A DNA stretch of 25,342 nucleotides from a virus (lineage: Duplodnaviria; Caudoviricetes): positions 1-25,342 of the IMG/VR virus record IMGVR_UViG_3300032301_000975. The stretch is one strand, 5' to 3'. The stretch's first letter is position 1. The number at the start of each line of letters is the position of its first letter. The notes under the pieces were generated by a model. It did no database searches, was not told the DNA's origin, and saw only the letters and a program-made list of their open reading frames with translations. Made by a program: the position numbers and the translations under genes. Of the stretch, positions 8,104 through 16,000 are shown piece by piece.

Positions 8104-8988
8104 ATGGCTTCAACAAAATTATTTAAAGGAATTTCCGTCATCACCGCTGGCCCCGCTTTAGGCCACGGCATGACTATTGACGCAGACACCTTAGAGCAAG
8201 TTGTCCGAGCCGGTAATGAGCTGGGGCAAATTAAGGTACTTTCCGATCACAGCTCTAGCGTTTCTAACATCATCGGGTACTTAGAGAACTTTAGCTTAGA
8301 CGGCGGCCGTGTCCGTGCGGATCTGACCCTGCTGGAAAGCCATGATGGCTTTGCCTATTTTAGCGAGCTGCTAAGCACCCTGCCAGGACAGATTGGTTTT
8401 TCGATCAGCTTTTCTGGCGTTCCGCGTGTGGCTGAGGATGGCACCCAACTGGCCGACGTTAACACTCTTTACTCAGTCGACCTCGTGACCACTCCTGCAG
8501 CCAATCCGACAGGCGTTTATTCCGCACGAGTTGACACACTCAAAACGCTTAATATGGATACAACCGTAAAGGAATCAGCGCCGGTTATCGAAACCGCGCC
8601 CGCAGCACCGGCGGCCCCGGCGTTTAATGCCGAGCTGGCCATCGCCGCTCTCTCCGCCCGCATCGACGAACTCGTCGGCAAATTTGCCGCCAAGTTTGAA
8701 GCCGTGGTCGAGGAAGCTCCCGTAGCCGCTGAACCCGCTGTAACCGAAGCCGCCCCAGAAGTTGTGGCCGAAGTTGCTGCCGAACTTTCCGAGAACCCCA
8801 AGATCGTTGCCTTAAACAACGAGCTTGCCCGTCTCAAAATTGATTTAGAAGCCAGCAAGGGGACTAAACCCCTTGAGGTGGTGGCCCCAGTGCTTTCCCG
8901 CGCTGAGTTGCTCAAGCAATTCAACGAGGAAAAAAATCCCGGTCGTGCGGCCGCGATTTATCAAAAACTAAACACGCTCGCACGATAA
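8104..8988 (+). CDS. Prohead maturation protease (HK97/assemblin-like fold) fused to scaffold
   Basis: Candidate catalytic His (VLSDH) and Ser (IGFSISF), SVDLVTTPAANP; Ala/Glu/Pro-rich coiled-coil C-terminal half. Confidence 0.85.
   Translation: MASTKLFKGISVITAGPALGHGMTIDADTLEQVVRAGNELGQIKVLSDHSSSVSNIIGYLENFSLDGGRVRADLTLLESHDGFAYFSELLSTLPGQIGFSISFSGVPRVAEDGTQLADVNTLYSVDLVTTPAANPTGVYSARVDTLKTLNMDTTVKESAPVIETAPAAPAAPAFNAELAIAALSARIDELVGKFAAKFEAVVEEAPVAAEPAVTEAAPEVVAEVAAELSENPKIVALNNELARLKIDLEASKGTKPLEVVAPVLSRAELLKQFNEEKNPGRAAAIYQKLNTLAR
8554..8988 (+). CDS. Probable nested in-frame scaffold protein (MDTTVKES...)
   Basis: In-frame ATG right after the protease domain, preceded by TTGACAC at 8531 (17 nt gap). 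Confidence 0.5.
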   Translation: MDTTVKESAPVIETAPAAPAAPAFNAELAIAALSARIDELVGKFAAKFEAVVEEAPVAAEPAVTEAAPEVVAEVAAELSENPKIVALNNELARLKIDLEASKGTKPLEVVAPVLSRAELLKQFNEEKNPGRAAAIYQKLNTLAR

Positions 8989-9009
8989 CCAAGAAAGAAG
9001 GATAGAAAT

Positions 9010-9885
9010 ATGGCAAACTCATTAGCATCAGTATCAAATGGGAAAATTGTTTCTCAGCGCGCGCTCGCGTTGCTGGTTGAGCAATTTCCTTTCCTCACGT
9101 CCGCCTACTCGGACTTCAGCGACGCCTCCGCTCGTAAAGGCGACATCATCACCACTCATCTAGTAACTGCGGCGACTGCCGTAGGCTACAGCACCACAGC
9201 CGGCTACGTTGCGGGAGACCGCACGCAGACGGATTGCATCGTGACCTTGAACAACCTTGTTCATAGCACCGTGGCAATCAATGACGACGAAGCAGCCAGC
9301 TCCTCGATCAACTTGATCGAGCGCTTTGCCGCCTCCGCCGCACACGCCTTGGGCAAACAGATGGTCGACACCTTGCTCGGCACGATCAGCGCTGCGTCCT
9401 ACACCTCCACGATGACCGTGGCGGCAGACGTACTCAGCTACCGCTCCATCGTTTCGATGGGTGTGGCGTTGGATACTAACAAAGTGCCTAGCGCAAACCG
9501 CTACGCCATTGTTAGCCCGAACAACAAAGCCAGCTTGCTTAACGACTCCTCGATCGTGGCGAACGCCCAGATCCAAGGTGACGCAATCCGCACCGGCTCA
9601 GTTGGAATCGTTAACGGCATCGAAGTGTTCAGCTATCCTTCGCTCCCTTCCGCGATCAGCAAAGGCTTCGCGGCCAATCAGGAAGCGCTCTTGGTGGCGG
9701 CCCGCTTGCCCGAAGTTCCCGGCGATTACCCTGGCAGCGTAGAAAACGTGACGGAACCCGTGTCTGGCCTGAGCTTGCAAATGCGCGAGTTTTACAACCC
9801 GACCCTCGGAACCCGTAACCGTTCCTACATTTTGCTCTACGGCTGCGGCCGTGGATCGACAGCCTCACTCGTTCGCTTGGTCTAA
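9010..9885 (+). CDS. Major capsid protein (HK97 fold, P22-coat-like)
   Basis: Follows scaffold; AAGGA RBS; KGDII, LDTNKVP..NRYAIVSP, GSVGIVNGIEVF, EALLVAARLP; followed by a hairpin. Confidence 0.88.
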   Translation: MANSLASVSNGKIVSQRALALLVEQFPFLTSAYSDFSDASARKGDIITTHLVTAATAVGYSTTAGYVAGDRTQTDCIVTLNNLVHSTVAINDDEAASSSINLIERFAASAAHALGKQMVDTLLGTISAASYTSTMTVAADVLSYRSIVSMGVALDTNKVPSANRYAIVSPNNKASLLNDSSIVANAQIQGDAIRTGSVGIVNGIEVFSYPSLPSAISKGFAANQEALLVAARLPEVPGDYPGSVENVTEPVSGLSLQMREFYNPTLGTRNRSYILLYGCGRGSTASLVRLV

Positions 9886-9900
9886 GTTAGAGAATCATCT

Positions 9901-9939
9901 GGGTTGCCCGGTGCATCGGGGGGTGCACCGGGCTTTCCC
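9901..9939 (+). terminator. GC-rich hairpin after the capsid gene (weak terminator or mRNA stabiliser)
   Basis: GCCCGGTGCA (9906-9915) pairs with TGCACCGGGC (9924-9933); only three T follow. Confidence 0.6.
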
Positions 9940-9951
9940 AACCTAAAAAAT

Positions 9952-12093
9952 ATGAATACCCCCCTTGTATCTCTAGCTATTATCGTCGGCCCCAACGAAG
10001 GGGAGCTAGTTGCCCGTTTAATTAAGTGCACCGCCGGCCTATGGGACGAGGTCGTTGTCGTCTCCGCTTGCGGTAAAAATGATGCGCAGGGTGTGCGTAT
10101 TTGCGCACAGGAGGCCGCTGGCGAGGCTTTAGTCTGGGGCGAGTATCTGAACGCACCCGAAAACGCCGACTGGCCCCACATCGATCATTTTGCCGCTGCT
10201 CGGAACAAAGCCTTTAGCCTAGCCACAGGCAAATACGTCATCTGGTTTGATGCGGACGATCTACTAGATCCCGGCCAGGCCAAGCTACACCGCGACGCTA
10301 TTGAACAACGCGAAAGCCAAAAAGAAGGCTGGGAGATCCTTGTAACCCGTTACGACGTGCAGAACAGCGGCATGCGGGACAATCGCAGGGAACGAATTTT
10401 CCGGCGCCAACCCGACGGCAGCCTGCCCGCAATTTGGGAACGAGCCGTGCATGAAAGGGTAAAGCCAGTGCCCGGCCTTGGCGTCGGACTGGCCGACCAC
10501 CTCGTAGTCATCCACGCCCCCAACACCTGCAAGAAAAACTCTAGCGAACGCAACAAGCGGATCCTGGGCACGCTTTTACAACATACCGGCATGAACCTGT
10601 ACTATTTGGCGCAGGAAGGTTTTTTGCGTGGTGCGTATCAGGAATCGATCGGCCCCACCCTTTTGGGGCTAGAGCATCCAGACCTCGGCGAAACCGAACG
10701 CTACCAGCTCTACTGCATGGCTGGCGTGATGTGTGCCGATCACGGTAAACGACGTAAATATCTTGGGCGCGGGATTACCCTTTGCCCTACACGCAGGGAG
10801 GCATACGGCCACCTAGCCGCTGTCTTAATTGAAGAAGGCAATTTTAGCGAAGCCGTCAGACTTTTAAACTTGGTGGAAATGTTGCCCAGGCCGCAGGGCG
10901 TGATCTGGAACTTAGACGCCAAGTGGTACGGACACCTGCCCAAAATGCTCATCGAACAGTGCCTACGAGCCGTCGGTCAAACCGCAGACGCCGATCGCTG
11001 CGTGCGTGAATCTTTCCGCCAAAACTGGGGGCAAATCACCATGGTATTTAACGGGCCATTCATGGATTGCTTTAGATTGCATAAATTCTTTGTCGATACC
11101 TCGGACAATCCGGCCGCCATACAGGCTCTATTTATAACCGATCCTGGCACTGAAGTTGCGGGCAAAAGAATGCACATCGTAAAAGATGCGGAGGAGGCCA
11201 CCGCAAAAGCGCTGGGTGGCATCGTGCTCTTTGTAAAATGTGCGGCAGATACAATCTGCCCGCCGCTGCGCTGGGACGTGGATCTGCTGGCCGCCGGGAC
11301 TGTTCCGGCCGCCGCCGTGTTGCTGCCTAGCCCAGTAGATAAGGTGGGTAAAGTAGTGGTGGGACTCACGACTACTCCTACCCGAATCCATAAGATACTG
11401 CCGACGATTCAAAGCCTGCTGCGCCAAAACCGTCCAGCAGATCGGATTATTTTGTCGGTGCCTGATAAGCTGGCACGGACTGGGGAACGCTTTGGCGATA
11501 TACCGAAAGAGCTACAAGCCTTGGCCGATTCTGGTAAATTAGAAATTCACAGGACACAAGATTACGGCCCAGCGACCAAGTTTGTCGGGCTGATGGAATC
11601 TGAGGCCGATCCCGAAGCGCAGCTGGTCTGGCTAGACGACGACATTCTTTACGGCCCCACACTTTTGCAGGTGCTCGCCGACGAGCTAAAAAACAAAACA
11701 AAGACGGCGTTAGGCATCTGCGGATTCTTTATGACGGGCAAGACTGGCTATGCCATCGCCCCAGACCATCTCGGCGCGGCCGAGATTCTTGAGGGATTTG
11801 CAGGGGTGACTTGCCGACGCCAGGACATGCCTAAGGCAGAGCTATGGCCGGCGATGACCGCCAAGCAGTTTGTCGCGCTTAGCCCTAAAGAGCGTGCCAG
11901 TTTTATGGCGGACGATTTTGTTATGAGTCACGCCTTGCGAGCCAACGGCATCGCAACTCTAGTCTGCAACACGCCAGATCTAAACCGTACTAACGGCCTG
12001 CGCATTAGGCCGGAGGGGCTAGGCGAAGATGCCTTGCAAAATAATAAAGGCACCGGCGGTAACCTAGCGGCTTATGCGCTTTTAAAGGGGTGA
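9952..12093 (+). CDS. Multi-domain glycosyltransferase: GT2, TPR-like repeats, degenerate GT-A remnant, second GT-A domain
   Basis: DHFAAARNKAFSLATGKYVIWFDADD, RERIFRR, WERAVHE; TPR-like helices (LYYLAQE, CPTRREAYGHLA); LTTTPTRI...SLLRQ...DYGPATK...WLDDDILY...DDF. Start moved to ATG 9952 since TTG 9904 lies in the hairpin. Confidence 0.88.
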   Translation: MNTPLVSLAIIVGPNEGELVARLIKCTAGLWDEVVVVSACGKNDAQGVRICAQEAAGEALVWGEYLNAPENADWPHIDHFAAARNKAFSLATGKYVIWFDADDLLDPGQAKLHRDAIEQRESQKEGWEILVTRYDVQNSGMRDNRRERIFRRQPDGSLPAIWERAVHERVKPVPGLGVGLADHLVVIHAPNTCKKNSSERNKRILGTLLQHTGMNLYYLAQEGFLRGAYQESIGPTLLGLEHPDLGETERYQLYCMAGVMCADHGKRRKYLGRGITLCPTRREAYGHLAAVLIEEGNFSEAVRLLNLVEMLPRPQGVIWNLDAKWYGHLPKMLIEQCLRAVGQTADADRCVRESFRQNWGQITMVFNGPFMDCFRLHKFFVDTSDNPAAIQALFITDPGTEVAGKRMHIVKDAEEATAKALGGIVLFVKCAADTICPPLRWDVDLLAAGTVPAAAVLLPSPVDKVGKVVVGLTTTPTRIHKILPTIQSLLRQNRPADRIILSVPDKLARTGERFGDIPKELQALADSGKLEIHRTQDYGPATKFVGLMESEADPEAQLVWLDDDILYGPTLLQVLADELKNKTKTALGICGFFMTGKTGYAIAPDHLGAAEILEGFAGVTCRRQDMPKAELWPAMTAKQFVALSPKERASFMADDFVMSHALRANGIATLVCNTPDLNRTNGLRIRPEGLGEDALQNNKGTGGNLAAYALLKG

Positions 12094-12764
12094 ACAAAAC
12101 TCTGACCGTGTCGGGCTATAATCGGCCTGACTATTTTACGCAAACCCTGCGAGCGCTTTCAGCCTGCGACGGCGTGGGCGAGTACGACATTGTCTGCGTG
12201 TTAGATCGTTCGGATAAAACCGACGAGCTTGTAGAAATTGCCAAGCAGATGGGCCTGACCACGCTTAGCCCGGTCGAGCACATGGGCTGCGGGGCGACGA
12301 TCCGCTACTGCATGGAAACGGGATTTCGCAACAGCGATTTCCATGTGCACCTAGAGGACGATACCGTGCCTAGCCCAGACTGCCTGCGCTGGTTTGAGTG
12401 GGCGTCTAATTGGGCGTCACCCATGACTCTGACCATCAGCGCCTACAATCAGCACGGCGGAGAAGCAGAGCCGGAGATGGCAAGTTTTAGAAAGTGGTTC
12501 ACCCCTTGGGGCTGGGCCACCTGGCGTAGCCATTGGGAAAAGTATTTGGCGCCCAGGTGGGATAACTCTTTTTGGGACGGAGGCGTTCAGCGCATTCGAT
12601 CCGAGCTTGCCATGGGGGAGCTATATCCGCGAGTTAGTCGCATCCAAAACATAGGGGCAACGCGGGGCGCCTTTTGTCCGAGCGCAGAATTTCACCAAGA
12701 AAATCATCACGCCACCCGCGTGGCCACAGCACAAGAAAAGAAAACACGATGGATAGTAATATAG
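12090..12764 (+). CDS. GT-A glycosyltransferase, GT13/GnT-I-like motifs
   Basis: YNRPDY, HLEDDTVPSPD, ISAYN, FTPWGWATW, FWD, PRVSRIQNIG; GTGA overlap with previous gene. Confidence 0.85.
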   Translation: MNKTLTVSGYNRPDYFTQTLRALSACDGVGEYDIVCVLDRSDKTDELVEIAKQMGLTTLSPVEHMGCGATIRYCMETGFRNSDFHVHLEDDTVPSPDCLRWFEWASNWASPMTLTISAYNQHGGEAEPEMASFRKWFTPWGWATWRSHWEKYLAPRWDNSFWDGGVQRIRSELAMGELYPRVSRIQNIGATRGAFCPSAEFHQENHHATRVATAQEKKTRWIVI

Positions 12765-13276
12765 AGCGCGGCAGGGTATGCGACGAGAACCCGTCAATCC
12801 ACTGGGCGCACATGCCCGTGGACAGTCAAAGCAGAGTCCTAGATCTAGGCTGTGCTTTTTGGGACGAGCCACTACGGGCGGATCGTCTTGGCACGCCATA
12901 CTTTTACCTAGGACAGAAGCCTGCATTTTACCTCGGCATCGATCAAAACAACGCGGACATCGCGCTGCTAACTCATGAGCTAGGCGCTCATTTTTTAGAA
13001 GCGTCAATAAATAGCCCAGCCCAGATCTGTGACTGGATCACAGCTCACTCGATTACTCATATCAAAAGCGATATAGAGGGGGCCGAGGAGCACTTGGCCG
13101 CCATTGAAAATGCGTTGCCCAGCCTTGAAGCGGTGGCAATCGAGACACACGGTGACGCAACTCATCGCAAGATATGCGACTGGATAGATAGACAAGCCAT
13201 GACCAATTACCGCATTGACCAGCAGGGGGACTGCCCAGACGTGTTTATCGTCTACGCCAAAAAAACTTTCGGCTGA
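12749..13276 (+). CDS. Class I SAM-dependent methyltransferase, FkbM-like
   Basis: RVLDLGC motif I, YLGID, IKSDIEGAE, AIETH; start placed at ATG 12749. Confidence 0.75.
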   Translation: MDSNIERGRVCDENPSIHWAHMPVDSQSRVLDLGCAFWDEPLRADRLGTPYFYLGQKPAFYLGIDQNNADIALLTHELGAHFLEASINSPAQICDWITAHSITHIKSDIEGAEEHLAAIENALPSLEAVAIETHGDATHRKICDWIDRQAMTNYRIDQQGDCPDVFIVYAKKTFG

Positions 13277-13283
13277 ACCAACT

Positions 13284-13289
13284 TTGACA
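13284..13289 (+). promoter_or_regulatory. TTGACA motif upstream of the head-closure gene
   Basis: Ends 14 nt before in-frame GTG 13304. Confidence 0.5.
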
Positions 13290-13303
13290 ACTTGCTTTCA
13301 ACC

Positions 13304-13612
13304 GTGACCGAACTCCAAACTCTTATGACTACTGGCGTGATCGACATGATTTCCGCCAATCCAACTACCGCCACTGTTAGCGGCCTGCCCGTCCGGGGTG
13401 TCTACACCCCTAACGAACAAACGGCTGAGCTGGGCATGGGCGGATTTGTAAATCCACAGAATGCGGAGTTCGTATGCCTGACGGCCGCCGTCAGCCTGCC
13501 TGCACTAATGACGATCGTGACCGTGGGCGGATCACCTAAAAGACTTACTGGCGTACAATCTGATCAGGGGGTGACGACTCTCATCCTGGCAGATCCAGAG
13601 GACGTGCGATGA
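13304..13612 (+). CDS. Head closure / head-tail joining protein (lambda gpFII-like)
   Basis: About 100 aa, beta-rich: ATVSGLPVRGVY...VTVGGSPKRLTGVQSDQGVTTLIL; position; start may be TTG 13292 or GTG 13304. Confidence 0.65.
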   Translation: MTELQTLMTTGVIDMISANPTTATVSGLPVRGVYTPNEQTAELGMGGFVNPQNAEFVCLTAAVSLPALMTIVTVGGSPKRLTGVQSDQGVTTLILADPEDVR

Positions 13613-14007
13613 GTTTGAGGCTTGCAGCAGAGGACGGCTTGGCCGCCTACCTATCCACCGCCAGTAAGCCCGCCGGGCTATACGTTCAGGCCGGGCACAG
13701 GATTGCAGAGTTACAGCTTCCGGCCTGCATCGTTCACGCAGAGTCCAGCGTGCCAGTTGTAGAAGGATCACTGGCAACAACTCGGAAGGTGACTTTTACC
13801 TGCTCGATTATGACGCCGCTTGAAGTGGCCAGCACAGTGACGGCACACAGGACAAACTTTGACTGGCTAAACACAAAGCTGACGGCCGTAACGACCATAG
13901 GCGGCGCCACTCTTATGGGTGGTTACTTGGGTGAGGAAAGCACTGGCAGCAACGACAAGGTGATCGAGGATTCGGTGAAATTCACCGCCTTCGTCACGCC
14001 TAGTTGA
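13609..14007 (+). CDS. Tail terminator-like protein
   Basis: 132 aa, LPACIVHAES motif, position just before tail tube genes. Confidence 0.6.
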   Translation: MSLRLAAEDGLAAYLSTASKPAGLYVQAGHRIAELQLPACIVHAESSVPVVEGSLATTRKVTFTCSIMTPLEVASTVTAHRTNFDWLNTKLTAVTTIGGATLMGGYLGEESTGSNDKVIEDSVKFTAFVTPS

Positions 14008-14010
14008 CAC
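14004..14010 (+). promoter_or_regulatory. TTGACAC motif upstream of the tail-tube genes
   Basis: TTGACA ends 17 nt before ATG 14027 and overlaps the upstream TGA stop. Confidence 0.55.
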
Positions 14011-14026
14011 CTAAGAAAAACACAAT

Positions 14027-14293
14027 ATGGCGATGACATACGGAGTGACGGCTGGAATTTCCCAGAACATCAGCAACACGGACGAGTACGTCTACATCAC
14101 GGGAACAGACGGCACCGTGGTAAAGCACTTTAGAAAATATAAAAGGATTGAGACAGTGACAGAAACTCTACCAGATACCTTCGCCCATCCTGGCGTTTCT
14201 GGCCCAACGGCTTTTCGTCAGGAACTTCGCCTATCCAACACAGACTTTGCCAGGCTTTCTAACACGGCCGTCACATTCAGCACGATCGCCTAA
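14027..14293 (+). CDS. Small tail-tube-like protein 1
   Basis: 88 aa, Thr-rich beta pattern, ITGTDGTVV loop, LSNTDFARLSNTA end; tail tube position. Confidence 0.5.
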   Translation: MAMTYGVTAGISQNISNTDEYVYITGTDGTVVKHFRKYKRIETVTETLPDTFAHPGVSGPTAFRQELRLSNTDFARLSNTAVTFSTIA

Positions 14294-14305
14294 GGAAATA
14301 ACAAT

Positions 14306-14626
14306 ATGCCATACAAAGGATTTACAGGGGTAGCAACCTTAACGGGAATTGAGGAATTTATTTCCATGAGCATCACGGGCGAGCAGACGGAAATCGTCAT
14401 CGATCCAGGCACAGTCAATACCGCTCCCACGGTCACAACTTACTACAATCCTCGCTACAACGTGTCGATCGAGGGCATTAGCTCTGGCGCTTCTGTTTCT
14501 GCCACCTTTACCGTTGGCGGTAATAGCTACGTAAAAACGGGCGAGTCGTACACAAAAACCGTTGGGGATGTTGTAAAAGTTAGCGTCACTGGCGTCTATA
14601 ATCCAAACAGCACGCTTGCCTCGTAA
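14306..14626 (+). CDS. Small tail-tube-like protein 2
   Basis: 106 aa, AAGGA RBS, YYNPRYNVSIEG, TKTVGDVVKVSVTGVYNP. Confidence 0.55.
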   Translation: MPYKGFTGVATLTGIEEFISMSITGEQTEIVIDPGTVNTAPTVTTYYNPRYNVSIEGISSGASVSATFTVGGNSYVKTGESYTKTVGDVVKVSVTGVYNPNSTLAS

Positions 14627-14640
14627 TCGGTAAGACGGCG

Positions 14641-15204
14641 ATGAATCGCCACTTTGCCGAATCATTCCTAAATCGCCAGGATCACCGCGTCCTAGGCTTG
14701 CCACTGTTGCCGCTTTCCTTGTGGCACATGTTTAATCTGGAGGTGGCTCAATCGCCCTACTTCATCGGAGGATCATTCCCATCGGCTAGAGATCTACGGC
14801 TTGCGGTGAATATCTGCCGCACGCCGTTTCCTATTCTCCCAGATCTCTCCGATCGCAGGCTGTGGCTGGATTGGATGAAAAGCTGGCGGTGCGACTTCTT
14901 GATCGAGACGACCAAGTTCCGCACCTACCTAGATGACTTCAATGCGTTGCCGCAGCTATGGCAGCCAGAGAAAAAGAGAGGCACCGGCCGGGAGGCCACG
15001 GGCCTACCGTGGTCGCTGGCCATCGTCACGGGCGTATGCGGGGCGACGGGGTGGGACGAGGCAAAGGTCTGGAACATGCCGATCGGCCAGGCGTACTGGT
15101 ACCACGTAGCGTTCGCCATGCAAAACGGCAGCAACGTGGATCTACTTAGTGAGGGTGAGTTGCTGGCGATTGAGGCCGTTCGTGCTAGGAGGGCGGCGAA
15201 GTGA
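14641..15204 (+). CDS. Probable tail assembly chaperone
   Basis: Between tail tube and tape measure; C-terminal GWDEAKVWNMPIGQAYWY resembles gpT-type chaperone motif. Confidence 0.55.
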   Translation: MNRHFAESFLNRQDHRVLGLPLLPLSLWHMFNLEVAQSPYFIGGSFPSARDLRLAVNICRTPFPILPDLSDRRLWLDWMKSWRCDFLIETTKFRTYLDDFNALPQLWQPEKKRGTGREATGLPWSLAIVTGVCGATGWDEAKVWNMPIGQAYWYHVAFAMQNGSNVDLLSEGELLAIEAVRARRAAK

Positions 15205-15998
15205 TTACCATGAAAATGGACAATGCTGATTTTAGCTACCAACTAAAACGCTACGCCTTGGCTAAAAAAATATCTTTTGCAAAAGCAATCAAACAGCAAG
15301 GCCGATTAGTGGCGGTGAATCTTGCATTTCAGACTCAGCCTTTTGGAGCCGAAAAGGGAAAGCTGTTAGGGGAAGGAGCAATATCAGGCGATCTACTGCC
15401 AAAAAAGGGAACCAACAAAGGCATTTTCAAACCTTTAAATAAATTCTGGATGGACGAAGCCATCCGAATGAAGCAGTACGCACCAGAAAACTTTACCAGA
15501 AGATTTACGACAAAAGACGGAAGGGTTTGGATGAGTGAGGAGGATCAAATTTTAACCTCAATAGGTGCGATGAAACAGTTTCATCAATCTATGCGTACTC
15601 AAGGCGGAAGAAGAAGGACAAGCAAAGCCGGACAGGGAGACAGGGGCATCGGACGTCACGGCACCGCAAATCGTGGCATTGTGGATAAAGACAAGCTGGG
15701 CCAATACGTTACAGCTACGCATAAAAAAGTCGGTATTGCAAAAGCTGGGTGGGCACACTGTGCAAAGCAATTAGGCGGATCCCGTGGCATCCCGCAGTGG
15801 GTAACTAGGCATGCTGGGAAGCGTGCTAAAGGATCGGTGGTTGATAATTCCGATGCTACCTCCGATCAGTACGTAACTATGACTAACCACGTTCCCTGGA
15901 TTGATAAGTGCCTGAACGCAGGACAGATTCAGCGTGCTCTTGACATACAGAAGGAAAAGATGACAAAGGCCATTGAAATAGCACTAAGCAAGGCGTAA
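15201..15998 (+). CDS. Basic tail-completion/neck-like protein (HK97 gp10-like character)
   Basis: Lys/Arg-rich, N-terminal helix, VGIAKAGW, VTMTNHVPWI; GTGA overlap. Confidence 0.5.
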   Translation: MITMKMDNADFSYQLKRYALAKKISFAKAIKQQGRLVAVNLAFQTQPFGAEKGKLLGEGAISGDLLPKKGTNKGIFKPLNKFWMDEAIRMKQYAPENFTRRFTTKDGRVWMSEEDQILTSIGAMKQFHQSMRTQGGRRRTSKAGQGDRGIGRHGTANRGIVDKDKLGQYVTATHKKVGIAKAGWAHCAKQLGGSRGIPQWVTRHAGKRAKGSVVDNSDATSDQYVTMTNHVPWIDKCLNAGQIQRALDIQKEKMTKAIEIALSKA

Positions 15999-16000
15999 CC

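Noticed and set aside
9904-9951. TTG start of the large glycosyltransferase
   Set aside because: Lies within the post-capsid hairpin; ATG 9952 starts at the GT2 first strand
12674-12748. N-terminal extension of the methyltransferase
   Set aside because: Deep overlap with the upstream GT and off-frame-like Arg/Ser content; ATG 12749 preferred
9952-13276. Cassette as gtr-type serotype conversion or DNA hypermodification
   Set aside because: No membrane GtrA/B/X-like proteins, no base hydroxymethylase or TET/JBP gene in the window, and late-module location; disfavoured but not excluded
15940-15945. Additional TTGACA 14 nt before in-frame ATG 15960
   Set aside because: Would give a 12-aa peptide and is 55 nt from the tape measure start; compatible with chance
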